A stretch of 64,000 nt of DNA from Alphaproteobacteria bacterium. GTDB lineage: Bacteria > Pseudomonadota > Alphaproteobacteria > UBA828. The notes beneath the pieces were generated by a model. That model was not told the DNA's origin and did no database searches. It saw only the letters and a program-made list of their open reading frames with translations. The stretch lies in contig CAXXMU010000006.1 in assembly GCA_963667785.2 (NCBI GenBank), forward strand, positions 640,001 to 704,000, given 5' to 3'. Both the position numbers and the translations under genes were made by a program. Below are positions 48,374 to 59,440 of this stretch, piece by piece (within the stretch, counting starts at the first letter, position 1; the number at the start of each line of letters is the position of its first letter).

Positions 48374-49492
48374 CTAGTCGAGCACCGCGGCGAGCGCCTC
48401 CACGCAGCTCCGGCCGAGGCGGCGACAGCGCGCGGGCGACCAGCCGTGGCGGGGGTCGGGCGCGTTCGCCGCGTCCTTGAAGGGCTGCTCCAGGGTCATG
48501 GCGAGGCAGCCATGGGTCTCCGCCACGTAGTTGGCGCAGATGCCGAGATTGGCCTTGCCGGGCGGGGTCGGCGGATAGCCGCGGGCGGTCTGGAAGTCGG
48601 CGTTGGCCGCCACCAGCGCCTCGCAGAAGCGCGCCTGCCGGCCTGCGAGCGCGTGCGAATAGGAGGGGATGCCCTCGGGCCCGGCGATGAAGGCGTAGGG
48701 CAGCCCCTCGTCGCCGTGCACGTCGATGCAGACATCGACGCCGGTCCGCGTCATCTCCGCACGCACGAGGAAGACCTCGGGGCTCTCCTCCATGCTGGGC
48801 GCGGCCCAGGCGCGGTTGAGGTTGACGCCCGCCGCGTTGGTCCTGAGATGGCCGCGCCGGCTGCCGTCGGGGTTCATGTTGGGCACCACGCGGAACCGCG
48901 CCCTCTCCAGCGCCGCGCTAGCGGCAGCGTCGAGCGGATCCAGCAGCCGGTCGAGAAATCCCTCCATCCACCACTCGGCCATGGTCTCGCCGGGATGCTG
49001 GCGGCCGATGATCCAGCAGGTGCGCTCCCGCTCGCCGCCGACCTCCAGCAGGTCGAGCCGTGCGCCGTCGAGAGTGGTGCCGAGCGGGCGCGCGTCGACG
49101 ACGGGCGACTTGCCTGCGCGCGCGATCAGCGCGTCGTGGCGGGCCATCGAGTAGGGGGCGAAATAGGCGAACCGCACCTCGTCTCCCGCCGGGCGGTGGC
49201 GGATGGTGAGCACGCGCCCGTCATAGTCGGTGGCGACGCGCGGCCAGTCCGCGCCGTCCTCCGAGGCGACGGCGCGATAGCCGTTCCAGCCCTCGGGATA
49301 GGTGGCGCCGCCGGCATTCTCGATCCGCAGCACGCAGTCCTTGCCGGCGGCGCCGGTGAGCCGGAAGTAGAACCACTGGAAGAACTCGCCGCCCGCGTCC
49401 GGCACGATCTCCAGCCTGACGTTACCGGGTGCGGACGCCTCGAGGCAGCGGATGTTGCCGCCGTCGAAGTCGCTGTCGATCGCGAGGCTCAC
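48374..49492 (-). CDS. M14 cytosolic-type zinc carboxypeptidase
   Basis: FDGGNI, RQHPGE, NPDG...GHLRTN...NLNR, DVHGDE, TLEQPFKD. Confidence 0.94.
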   Translation of the reverse strand: MSLAIDSDFDGGNIRCLEASAPGNVRLEIVPDAGGEFFQWFYFRLTGAAGKDCVLRIENAGGATYPEGWNGYRAVASEDGADWPRVATDYDGRVLTIRHRPAGDEVRFAYFAPYSMARHDALIARAGKSPVVDARPLGTTLDGARLDLLEVGGERERTCWIIGRQHPGETMAEWWMEGFLDRLLDPLDAAASAALERARFRVVPNMNPDGSRRGHLRTNAAGVNLNRAWAAPSMEESPEVFLVRAEMTRTGVDVCIDVHGDEGLPYAFIAGPEGIPSYSHALAGRQARFCEALVAANADFQTARGYPPTPPGKANLGICANYVAETHGCLAMTLEQPFKDAANAPDPRHGWSPARCRRLGRSCVEALAAVLD

Positions 49493-49516
49493 GGCCGGCC
49501 CCGCTGCGGGCCGGTA

Positions 49517-50800
49517 TCAGGTCGCATAGTCGGAGGCGCCGCGCCCAGCCGCCGTGAGCCCGCCCGCGCGTACCGCGGCCGCGACCTCGGCGAGGTCGGC
49601 GAGATAGGCCTCGATGCTCTGCGCATGCTTCGTGTTGAGCCAGAGCAGGATCGCTTCCGGCGCGCGCATGCGGATGGAGCGCCAGCCGCGCGCCGCCATC
49701 CCCTCCTCCACCGCGTAGATATCGAAGCCGTCGGCGTAGAAGCTGACGTGCAGCGCGTGCGGGCGGCCGAGCACGACGAGCCCCTCGATCGCGCCGATGC
49801 CGTCCACCAGCCGGTCGCGGATCCGCTTCTGCGCCGCGTGGATGCGCAGGAAGCCCTCCTCCCCCAGATGGGTCATCACCGCCCAGGCGCTGGCGACGCC
49901 GCCGCCCGAGCGGGTGCCGGTGATGGTGGGCGTCGAATAGAGGCCGGCGGGCCAGCCGTCGCAGCTGGTGCGGTGGTAGCGATCCAGCCCGGCGTCGCGC
50001 AGCAGGCAGAGCGAGATTCCCTTGTTGGCGTAGCCGAACTTGTGCATGTCCACCGACATCGAGGTGACGCCGGGAACGGCGAAGTCGAAGGGCGGGATTG
50101 CATCGCCCAGCGCCTTCATGAAGGGCAGGATCATGCCGCCGATGCAGCCGTCCGAGTGCATCCAGAGATCGTGCTCCCGCGCGATCTGCGCGATCTCCTC
50201 GATGGGGTCGGTCTCGCCGTAGGGATAGGGCGGCGCGGAGCCCGCGATCATGACGGTGTTCTCCGAGATCGCGGCAGCCATGCCGGCCACGTCGGCGCGC
50301 CAGTCCTCGCTCCGTTCCATGCGGACGACCCGCATGCCGAGCCATGCCGCGCCCTTGTCGAAGGCGGCGTGCGCGGTCTGCGGCACCACCACCTCGGGCG
50401 GGCCTGCGACCGGGCGGTGCGCCTCAGCCCAGTCGCGTGCGGCCTTCATGGCCATGAGGATGCTCTCGGTGCCGCCTGCGGTGGCGGAGCCGCCGGCGCC
50501 CTCCGGCGCGTGCAGCAGGTCTAGCACGCCCGCGATCAGCTCGCGCTCGCGCGCCGCCAGGCTCGGATAGGCGCTGGCGGCAAAGAGGCCGTTCTCCGCC
50601 CGGTAGGCGTCGTAGGCCTCGTCGGCGCAGCGCAGCACGTCCTCGCCGGCGAAGTAGGCGGCAGTGAAGCTCCGCTCGTGACACCAGGGCTTGTCGCCCT
50701 CACGCGCAGACAGCATCTCGGCCTTGAGCGAATCCCACGGCCGGCCTGCCTGGGGGAACCCCCGGTTCCGTCGCGTCTCGCCCGCCGCCCCTGCCGCCAT
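49517..50800 (-). CDS. PLP-dependent group II decarboxylase / sphingosine-1-phosphate-lyase-like
   Basis: GGTESI, HAAFDK, HSDGCIGG, SVDMHKFGY, GTRSGG. Confidence 0.88.
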   Translation of the reverse strand: MAAGAAGETRRNRGFPQAGRPWDSLKAEMLSAREGDKPWCHERSFTAAYFAGEDVLRCADEAYDAYRAENGLFAASAYPSLAARERELIAGVLDLLHAPEGAGGSATAGGTESILMAMKAARDWAEAHRPVAGPPEVVVPQTAHAAFDKGAAWLGMRVVRMERSEDWRADVAGMAAAISENTVMIAGSAPPYPYGETDPIEEIAQIAREHDLWMHSDGCIGGMILPFMKALGDAIPPFDFAVPGVTSMSVDMHKFGYANKGISLCLLRDAGLDRYHRTSCDGWPAGLYSTPTITGTRSGGGVASAWAVMTHLGEEGFLRIHAAQKRIRDRLVDGIGAIEGLVVLGRPHALHVSFYADGFDIYAVEEGMAARGWRSIRMRAPEAILLWLNTKHAQSIEAYLADLAEVAAAVRAGGLTAAGRGASDYAT

Positions 50801-50969
50801 CGTCTCCTCCCGCCGCTTGCTGCGGCGATACCGCCAACCGGCTCCGAGACATATCAGATCGGCGCCCGGATGGAAGGGGGGACGCGGTTGAGGAACGGCG
50901 GGCGCGCTGGCTACGATGCGATCCAGCCCATCCGGCGCCGCGGTGGGTGCACACACGGGGAGAGAGACG

Positions 50970-51779
50970 ATGCGGGCACGGTTCCCGATTCTCTGTATTG
51001 CACTCGGCCTGCTGCTGGCGGCGTCCGCCGGACGCGCGGCGGAGATGCCGCCCGTCGGCGACCTGAAGGCGCTCATGGGACCGCCGCCCGGCAAGGTGAC
51101 GGTCTACGAGCCTCATCTCAGCGTGGGCGACGAGCATGTTGCGGTGGACTACGTCGGCTACCGGGCCGAGCACGTATTGGCCGAACTCTTCGGCATCCGT
51201 TGGTCGAGCCTCGGCGAGACGGTGGAGTTTCGGGCGCTCGACGGCTACGTCTCCCGCATCGACGTCGAACGCTTCCTCGACGAGGACGCCTTCATCGTCT
51301 TCGCGCGCCGGGACGGCGCCCCCTTCACCGTCGACAACCTCGCGCAGAACGAGACCGGCGTGCCGCTCGGCCCCTACTACCTGGTCTGGGACAACATCGG
51401 GAACCCGGCGCTGCTGGAGGAGGGCGCGCGCAACTGGCCCTATCAGGTGGCCGAGGTGGACGTCGTCAACCTCTCCGACGCCGCCCTGCTTCCGCAAGGG
51501 CTCGACGCCCGCTTTCGCGAAGGCGCCGCATTGGCCAAGACCCACTGCCTGACCTGCCACATGGTGAACGGCTATGGTGGCGAGAAGCACGAGGGCAACC
51601 TGGCCGAGATCGCCAAGGACTACGAGGAGGCGGAGTTCGTGGGCCTCGTCCTGGAGCCGCTCTCGGTGTTCGACGAGACGACCATGCCGCCGCTCTCCGA
51701 CCGCCTGGCCGAGGACGAGCGCGCGCGCATCGCGACGGCGCTCTTCGAGTATCTCGCGGCCCTGCCGGTCTTGCCGTAG
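50970..51779 (+). CDS. Periplasmic c-type cytochrome with N-terminal oxidoreductase-like domain
   Basis: Signal peptide; FRALDGY, GPYYLVW, WPYQV; CLTCH haem motif and TMPP distal Met. Confidence 0.85.
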   Translation: MRARFPILCIALGLLLAASAGRAAEMPPVGDLKALMGPPPGKVTVYEPHLSVGDEHVAVDYVGYRAEHVLAELFGIRWSSLGETVEFRALDGYVSRIDVERFLDEDAFIVFARRDGAPFTVDNLAQNETGVPLGPYYLVWDNIGNPALLEEGARNWPYQVAEVDVVNLSDAALLPQGLDARFREGAALAKTHCLTCHMVNGYGGEKHEGNLAEIAKDYEEAEFVGLVLEPLSVFDETTMPPLSDRLAEDERARIATALFEYLAALPVLP

Positions 51780-51850
51780 CGGGCGCTCCGCTCTCAGACT
51801 CGTCGCACGTCGCGCTAAGGCGACCCAGAGGCACGGGGGACTCCGATCCG

Positions 51851-52480
51851 GTGCACAGCAATCCCGCCTTCCGGCGCGTCTCCCGAGATCGCAACCTGAG
51901 ATTCACGGCGCAACGGGGGTTCGGCGTCCTGGCCATCGACGGCGGGGGCCCTCTCGTCAGCCACGTTCCGTTCGTCCTGGCCGAAGACGGGACGGCGGTT
52001 CACGCCCATCTCGTCCGCTCGAATCCGATCGCGCGCCGCCTGCGAGAGCAGGAGCGGGCGGCCGTGCTCGCGGTCAGCGGACCGGACAGCTACATCTCAC
52101 CGGACTGGTACGGCGCCGACGCGGTAGATCAGGTCCCGACGTGGAACTACGTGGCCGTGCATATCCGGGGCACGCTCCGCCGCCGCGCCGACGAGACGCT
52201 CCGCGCCCACCTGGACGCGCTGTCGGCCCGGTTCGAGAGCGAGCTTCGGCCCAAGCCGCTGTGGATGCCCTCGAAGGTATCGCCGGACCAGCTTGGCAAG
52301 CTGATGCGCTCGATCATGCCGGTGAAACTCGCCGTGGAGAGCGTGGAGGGCACCTGGAAGCTCAATCAGAACAAGGACGAGGGCTCCCGTCTGCGGGCCG
52401 CCCGGCATGTCGAGCGCGACGGCTACGGGCAAGAGGCCGCTTCTCTCGCCCTGCTGATGCGCAACCCGCCGGAGAGTTGA
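51851..52480 (+). CDS. FMN-binding PaiB-like protein
   Basis: SHVPF, HLVRSNP, YISPDWY, VPTWNYVAVH, KLNQNK. Confidence 0.92.
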   Translation: MHSNPAFRRVSRDRNLRFTAQRGFGVLAIDGGGPLVSHVPFVLAEDGTAVHAHLVRSNPIARRLREQERAAVLAVSGPDSYISPDWYGADAVDQVPTWNYVAVHIRGTLRRRADETLRAHLDALSARFESELRPKPLWMPSKVSPDQLGKLMRSIMPVKLAVESVEGTWKLNQNKDEGSRLRAARHVERDGYGQEAASLALLMRNPPES

Positions 52481-52493
52481 GCGGCCGCACTTC

Positions 52494-52988
52494 CTAAGGC
52501 GCGACGGCGATCTCCGCGCTGACGGTGCCGCCGGTCAGGCGTTCCAGCTCGCCCAGCGTCGTCGCGAAGACGCAGTGGGGGTGGCCGGCGGCGGCGTAGA
52601 CGGTCTCGAAGCGGCCGAGGCTCACATCGATCGCCACCGCAAGCGGCGTCTCGTGGGCCACGGGCGCGACCCCGCCGATGGAGAACCCCGTGGCGGCGCG
52701 GACCGCATCGGCATCGGCGCGGCGCACCTTCCCCTCGCGCCCGAGCGCGCGCCCCAGCGCTGCCGCGTCGCAGCGGCGGTCGCCCGCGACCAGCGCCATC
52801 ACCGGCGCGCCGCCTGCGGTGAAGACCAGCGACTTCACGATGCTGCCCAAGGGCGTGCCGATGCTGGCTGCGGCGTCCTCGGCGCTGCGGGCGGTGCTGC
52901 TGAGCGCGATCACCTGCGCGCTCGAGCCTGCGGCCGCGAGCGCCGCCTGCACCCGGCGCACCGCCGGATGGGCCAGGGGGTCCGCCAC
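52494..52988 (-). CDS. YbaK/EbsC family protein
   Basis: IVKSLVF, ATGFSIGGVAPVAH, AAAGHP. Confidence 0.92.
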   Translation of the reverse strand: MADPLAHPAVRRVQAALAAAGSSAQVIALSSTARSAEDAAASIGTPLGSIVKSLVFTAGGAPVMALVAGDRRCDAAALGRALGREGKVRRADADAVRAATGFSIGGVAPVAHETPLAVAIDVSLGRFETVYAAAGHPHCVFATTLGELERLTGGTVSAEIAVAP

Positions 52989-52998
52989 GCGCGGGCCC

Positions 52999-53616
52999 TT
53001 ACTGCGGGACCTTGAGCCCCCGCTGCACCGCGGGCCGCGCGCCGATGGTCTCGAACCAGCGGTGCAGGTTGGGGTGGTCGGCCCAGTCGATGCCGTGCCA
53101 CTCCCAGCGCGCGACCCAGCCGAAGCAGGCGATGTCGGCGACGGAGTAGGCGCCGGCGAGGAAGTCGCGCTCGGCCAGCCGGCGGTCCATCACGCCGTAG
53201 AGCCGGTGCGCCTCCTTGGTGTAGCGCTCGATCGCATAGGGCACCTCCTCGCTCGCGAAGCGGCGGAAATGGTTGGCCTGGCCGAACATCGGCCCGACGC
53301 CCCCCATCTGGAACATGAGCCACTCGATCACCTGCCAGCGCCCGCGCGCGTCGTCGGGGATCAGCCGGCCGGTCTTGTCCGCGAGGTAGAGCAGGATCGC
53401 GCCCGATTCGAAGAGCGAGATCGGCGCGCCGTCCGGCCCGTCGGGATCGACGATCGCCGGGATCTTGTTGTTGGGGCTGATCTCGAGGAACGCGGGCTCG
53501 AACTGCTCGTCCGCCAGGATGTTGACGGGATGCACCCGATAGGGGAGCTCCACCTCCTCCAGCATGATGGAGGCCTTGAAGCCGTTGGGCGTGCCCCAGG
53601 TGTAGAGGTCGATCAT
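52999..53616 (-). CDS. Glutathione S-transferase (Nu class, YfcG-like)
   Basis: WGTPNG, SPNNKIPAIVD, FESGAIL, YSVADIA. Confidence 0.94.
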   Translation of the reverse strand: MIDLYTWGTPNGFKASIMLEEVELPYRVHPVNILADEQFEPAFLEISPNNKIPAIVDPDGPDGAPISLFESGAILLYLADKTGRLIPDDARGRWQVIEWLMFQMGGVGPMFGQANHFRRFASEEVPYAIERYTKEAHRLYGVMDRRLAERDFLAGAYSVADIACFGWVARWEWHGIDWADHPNLHRWFETIGARPAVQRGLKVPQ

Positions 53617-53627
53617 GTCCGCTCCCC

Positions 53628-54323
53628 CTAGCGCGCGGCGAACTGCTTGGCGCCGAACATGATGGAGCGCTCTTCCTCGGTGAACTCGGGCTTCTTGCGG
53701 ATCTGGTCGGCCATCACGTCGAGGCCGCGCCTTACCGCCGGCCGCTCCTTGTTGCGCTCCAGCCAGGCGCCGAGATGGGGATAGTCCTCAAGCTCCTGCC
53801 CCTGGTTGTACCAGAGCCGCATCCACGGGAAGATCGCCATGTCGGCGATGGAATAGTCGCCGGCGATCCAGTCGCGATCCGCCAGCCGCTTGTTCACCAC
53901 GCGATACAGCCGGCTCGCCTCGTTGGTGTAGCGCTCGACGGCGTAGGGGAGCTGCTCCGGCGCGTAGTTGCGGAAGTGGTGGCACTGGCCGAGCATCGGC
54001 CCGACATTGCCCATCTGGAAGAAGAGCCACTGCAGCACTTCGGCCCGGCCGCGCTCGTCCGCCGGGATGAAGCGGCCGTGCTTGTCGGCGTAGTGCAGCA
54101 TGATGGCGCCGGATTCGAAGAGGCTGAGCGGCTTGCCGTCGGCGCCCTCGGGATCGACCACCGCCGGCATCCGGTTGTTGGGCGCGATCGCGAGGAAGTC
54201 CGGCTCGAACTGCTCGCCCTTGTTGATATCCACGGGGATCACGTTGTACGGCAGGCCCAGCTCCTCGAAGAGGATGGTGAGCTTCCACCCGTTCGGCGTC
54301 GGCCAGTAGTAGAGATCGATCAT
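53628..54323 (-). CDS. Glutathione S-transferase (Nu class, YfcG-like)
   Basis: WPTPNG, APNNRMPA, FESGAIM, YSIADMA. Confidence 0.94.
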   Translation of the reverse strand: MIDLYYWPTPNGWKLTILFEELGLPYNVIPVDINKGEQFEPDFLAIAPNNRMPAVVDPEGADGKPLSLFESGAIMLHYADKHGRFIPADERGRAEVLQWLFFQMGNVGPMLGQCHHFRNYAPEQLPYAVERYTNEASRLYRVVNKRLADRDWIAGDYSIADMAIFPWMRLWYNQGQELEDYPHLGAWLERNKERPAVRRGLDVMADQIRKKPEFTEEERSIMFGAKQFAAR

Positions 54324-54465
54324 GGCGCCCTTCTCCCTCGCCGCCTCGGGCTGGATAGCGGCCCGGCGGCGCGCCAGAGTTATGACCAGACCGCGCCGGC
54401 CGGTCAATGTCACCGGTCTGCAGGCTCATGTCCTGTTCCCTCCGACCCGGTCATTACCCCACACC

Positions 54466-54553
54466 GTCATGCCCGGGCTTGTTCCGGGCATCTTGTCGAG
54501 CCAGGCCACACCCGGGTGGGCGCGCGGATGGCCGGGACAAGCCCGGCCATGAC
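54466..54553. repeat. Alphaproteobacterial REP-like palindromic element
   Basis: GTCATGCCCGGGCTTGTTCCGGGCATC ... GATGGCCGGGACAAGCCCGGCCATGAC inverted ends with internal hairpins. Confidence 0.85.
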
Positions 54554-54598
54554 ACCAAGGGGCACCGCGCAGGCCGTGATCCTGGTGAGAAGAGCGGG

Positions 54599-55588
54599 CT
54601 AGAAGTGCGTGTAGCCCGCTCGTGCCAGCGGCAGCGGCCGGCCGTCGGGGCCTGCGACGGTGACGCCCTGCCCGCCCTCGATGCTGCCGATGCGGGCGAG
54701 CGCGAGGCCGAGGCGCTCGCCCAGGGCGGAGACCGCACCGCGCGCGGCCTGTGGCGCGCAGAAAAGCAGCTCGTAGTCGTCGCCGCCGCTGACGAGATCG
54801 GAAATGCCCGCCTCGCCGGCGGCGAGCGCGCGCCGGGCCGGGCCGGAGAGCGGCACGGACTCGGCCGCGACGCGCGCGGCCACGCCCGATTGGGCGGAGA
54901 GATGGCCGAGATCCGCGACCAGCCCGTCGGAGACGTCGATCGCGCAGGTGGCGAGGCCGACGAGCGCCGCGCCGAGGGCGAGGCGGGGCTCCGGCAGACG
55001 GTAGCGCCGGCTTAGCGCTGCGCGGTCCTCGGGCGAGAGCGTTGCGAGGCCGCCCTGCACCGCGCGCAAGCCCAGCGCCGCATCGCCGATGGTGCCGGAG
55101 ACGTGGATGTCCTCGCCCGCGGCCGCGCCCGCGCGGGTGAGGCAGGCGCCGTGCGCGACCGTGCCGAAGGCCGTGAGCGAGAGCACCGCCGGCCCCCTGG
55201 TCGCCACCGTGTCGCCGCCGATCAGCACCACGCCGAAGTCCTCCTGGTCGCGGGCGAGCCCGGCCGCGAACCCTTCCACCCAGTCCTCGGCGGTACCCTC
55301 GGGCAGCGCAAGGCCGAGCGCGTACGCCGTCGCTTCGGCCCCCATGGCGGCTAAGTCCGAGAGGTTCACGCGCAGCAGCCGGCGGGCGAGCGTGGCGGGG
55401 TCCTCGTCCTGCGGGTAGTGGACGCCGGCCACCATCAGGTCCTTGGTGACGACGAGGCTCGCGCCCGCCGGCGGCGTCAGCAGCGCGCCGTCGTTGCCGA
55501 GCGCGAAGGCACCGGGCGCGGCGCGGCTCAGCGGCGCGAAGTAGCGGGCGATGAGGTCGAATTCACCGCGCCCGCGCCGGCCGGTCAT
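54599..55588 (-). CDS. thiL: Thiamine-monophosphate kinase
   Basis: GEFDLIARYF, NLSDLAAMG, GGDT, IDVSDGL, GGDDYELLF. Confidence 0.96.
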   Translation of the reverse strand: MTGRRGRGEFDLIARYFAPLSRAAPGAFALGNDGALLTPPAGASLVVTKDLMVAGVHYPQDEDPATLARRLLRVNLSDLAAMGAEATAYALGLALPEGTAEDWVEGFAAGLARDQEDFGVVLIGGDTVATRGPAVLSLTAFGTVAHGACLTRAGAAAGEDIHVSGTIGDAALGLRAVQGGLATLSPEDRAALSRRYRLPEPRLALGAALVGLATCAIDVSDGLVADLGHLSAQSGVAARVAAESVPLSGPARRALAAGEAGISDLVSGGDDYELLFCAPQAARGAVSALGERLGLALARIGSIEGGQGVTVAGPDGRPLPLARAGYTHF

Positions 55589-56087
55589 GGTCCGCTCCGT
55601 CCGCCATCTCCGCCGCGCGGAGCCTTCGCGCCAGGCTGTCGAGCGCGCCGTTGACGAACGCCGGCTCGCGCTCGGAGAAGAACGCGCGGGCGAGCTCGAC
55701 ATACTCGTCGATCACCACCCGCGCCGGCACGTCCGGGCAGGCCGCGAGCTCGCAGGTGGCCGCCCGCATCAGCGCACGCACGACGGCGCCCAGCCGCTCC
55801 ATGCTCCAGCGCTCGGCGAGGGTCGCCGCCACCAGCGCGTCGAACTCGTCGGCCCGCGTAGCCGCCTCGCGCACGGTGCGCTCGAAGTGGCGGCGGTGAG
55901 GAGCCGCGTAGCGCTCCCCGTCGATCTCGTGGCCGGCGCGGTGGCTCAGGAACTCCTCGATCACCTCGTCCGCCGACTGGCCGGACATCTCGATCTGATA
56001 GAGGGCCTGCACGCAGGCGAGCCGTGCGCTGCTCCGCCCCTGGCCGGGAGGCGTTCGCGCCGTGGCGGCGCCCGGCGCGGTGCCCAT
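55563..56087 (-). CDS. nusB: Transcription antitermination factor NusB
   Basis: RSSARLACVQALYQ, VVIDEYV, FVNGALD; position after ribH. Confidence 0.95.
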   Translation of the reverse strand: MGTAPGAATARTPPGQGRSSARLACVQALYQIEMSGQSADEVIEEFLSHRAGHEIDGERYAAPHRRHFERTVREAATRADEFDALVAATLAERWSMERLGAVVRALMRAATCELAACPDVPARVVIDEYVELARAFFSEREPAFVNGALDSLARRLRAAEMADGADHDRPARAR

Positions 56088-56092
56088 GGCGC

Positions 56093-56531
56093 CTACTCCC
56101 GGGCCTCGGCGCCGAGGGAGGCGCGGAGCGCCATCATCGCGAGACACGCGCCCGCGGCATCGGCGCCCTTGTTGCGCCGCTCCGTCGCCGCCCGCTCCCA
56201 GGCCTGCTCGCGGTTCTCGGCGGTGATCACGCCAAAACCCAAAGCGATGCGGTGGCGTTCGGCGAGCATGGCGAGCCCGCGGGCGCATTCGCCGCAGACG
56301 TGATCGTAGTGGCTGGTCTCCCCCCGGATGACGCAGCCGAGGGCGACGAAGCCGTCGAAGCGGTCGCTGTCGATCGCGAGCGCCAGCGCCGCCGGCAGCT
56401 CGAAGGCGCCGGGCACGGCGATGCGCTCGTGGCGCACGCCGGCCTCGTCGAGCGCAGCAGCGGCGCCCCTGACCAGCTCGTCGGCGATATCGGCGTAGAA
56501 GCGCGCCTCCAGGATGAGGACGCACGGCCCC

Positions 56532-56539
<8 letters not shown>
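56093..56539 (-). CDS. ribH: 6,7-dimethyl-8-ribityllumazine synthase
   Basis: VPGAFELP, LGCVIRGETSHYD, NKG. Confidence 0.96.
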
Positions 56540-57689
<1,150 letters not shown>

Positions 57690-57698
57690 CTCGACCCG

Positions 57699-58292
57699 TC
57701 ACTGCCCTGATTGGAGGCGCGCAAGGTAGCGCGCGATCAGGTCCACCTCAAGGTTGAGGCGGCGGCCGGCGGTGCAGTCGTCCAGCGTGGTGCAGGCGAG
57801 CGTATGGGGAATCAGGTTGATCCCGAACAGCGCGCCGTCGACCTCGTTCACCGTCAGCGAAACGCCGTCGAGCGCGACCGAGCCCTTGGCGGCGACGAAG
57901 CGCGAGAGCTCCGCCGGGCAGCGCAGGGTGAGACGGAGCGATTCGCCCTCGGGCTCCGCGCCCTCGACCAGCGCGACGCCGTCGACGTGGCCGGTCACCA
58001 GATGGCCGCCGATCTCGTCGCCAAGCGCGAGGGCGCGCTCCAGGTTGACCCGCGTGCCCGCGCGCCAGTCGCCGAGTGTGGTGCAGGCCATCGTCTCGCC
58101 GGAGACGTCGACGGCGAACCAGCCCGGCCCCGTCTCCACCACCGTGAGGCAGGGGCCCGAGCAGGCGACGGACGCGCCGAGGGCGATGGCGGCGGTATCG
58201 TAGGCGGTGCCGATCTCCAGCCGGCAGCCGCCGCCGGCAGTCTCCGCGACCCTTCGCACCCGGCCCACATCGGTGACGATGCCCGAGAACAC
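57699..58292 (-). CDS. ribE: Riboflavin synthase (alpha chain)
   Basis: MFSGIV, GPCLTV, VNLERA, GGHLVTGHVDG, DGVSLTVN. Confidence 0.96.
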   Translation of the reverse strand: MFSGIVTDVGRVRRVAETAGGGCRLEIGTAYDTAAIALGASVACSGPCLTVVETGPGWFAVDVSGETMACTTLGDWRAGTRVNLERALALGDEIGGHLVTGHVDGVALVEGAEPEGESLRLTLRCPAELSRFVAAKGSVALDGVSLTVNEVDGALFGINLIPHTLACTTLDDCTAGRRLNLEVDLIARYLARLQSGQ

Positions 58293-58302
58293 GGCGCGCC
58301 CC

Positions 58303-59436
58303 TCAGGCCGCCGGTACCAGGGTGTCGTGGGCGTCCTCGCCGAGCGATGCGGACGCGACGCGGACGAAGCGCGCCATCTCGCGGGCGCGCGCGATCCCGA
58401 GCGGGGCGAGCGCCGGCACGCCGTCGCCGCCGATGGCGCCCGGTGCGCGGAACCATTCGATCCGGTCGACCAGCCCGGCGCCGAGCAGGGAGGCCGCGAG
58501 GCGGCCGCCGCCCTCGACGAGCACACGGGTGATCCCGCGCGCGGCCAGCGCTTCCAGCGCCGCCGCCAGCCGGGGGCGCCCGTCGGCCTCAGCCTCGACC
58601 TCGATGACCTCGACGCCTGCCCCGCGCCAGGCAGCGTGCCGGCCGTCGTCGCCGAGAGCGGCCGTGGAGACGATCCAGGTGGCGACGTCGCCGGCGCTCG
58701 TGACGAGTGCGTGGCTCTGCGGCAGCCGGGCGCTGCCGTCGATGACGATGCGCACCGGGCTCGCGTCGCCGAGGCCCGGCAGCCGGCAGGTGAGCACCGG
58801 ATCGTCGGCGAGCGCGCTCGCCGCGCCCACCATCACGGCGTCGTGGCTGGCCCTCAGCAGGTGCCCGCGCGCTCTGGCGCGGTCGCCGGTGATCCAGCGG
58901 CTGTCGCCGCTCCGCGTCGCGATGCGGCCGTCGAGGCTGCTGGCGAGCTTGAGCGTAAGATGGGGCCTGCCGCGCTCGATCCGCGAGAGAAAGCCCGCGT
59001 TGAGCGCCCGGGCCTCGGCCTCCATGCAGCCGCGCGCGACCTCGATGCCGGCGGCCTCCAGCCTGGCGATGCCGCCGCCGGAGACGCGGGGGTCGGGATC
59101 CTGCAGCGCGATGACGGCACGCGCGATCCCCGCCTCGATCAGCGCATCCGCGCACGGGCCGGTCTCGCCCACATGCGCGCAGGGCTCGAGCGTGGTGTAG
59201 CAAGTGGCGCCGCGCGCGCGCGCGCCGGCGCGGCTCAGCGCTTCCGTCTCGGCATGGGGCCTGCCGCCGGGCTGAGTCCAGCCGCGGCCGACGATGCGGC
59301 CGGCCTGCACCAGGACGCAGCCCACCGCGGGATTGGGCCACGCCCGGCCGAGGCCCCGGCCGCCGAGCGCCAGCGCCAGCGCCATGAAGCGGCGGTCGAG
59401 GCCGGCGTCGGTCCTGGCGGCCCTGGCCGCGGCCAT
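58303..59436 (-). CDS. ribD: Riboflavin biosynthesis deaminase/reductase
   Basis: PNPAVGC, HAE, LEPCAH...PC, KLASSLDG, VEGG. Confidence 0.96.
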   Translation of the reverse strand: MAAARAARTDAGLDRRFMALALALGGRGLGRAWPNPAVGCVLVQAGRIVGRGWTQPGGRPHAETEALSRAGARARGATCYTTLEPCAHVGETGPCADALIEAGIARAVIALQDPDPRVSGGGIARLEAAGIEVARGCMEAEARALNAGFLSRIERGRPHLTLKLASSLDGRIATRSGDSRWITGDRARARGHLLRASHDAVMVGAASALADDPVLTCRLPGLGDASPVRIVIDGSARLPQSHALVTSAGDVATWIVSTAALGDDGRHAAWRGAGVEVIEVEAEADGRPRLAAALEALAARGITRVLVEGGGRLAASLLGAGLVDRIEWFRAPGAIGGDGVPALAPLGIARAREMARFVRVASASLGEDAHDTLVPAA

Positions 59437-59440
59437 GCGC

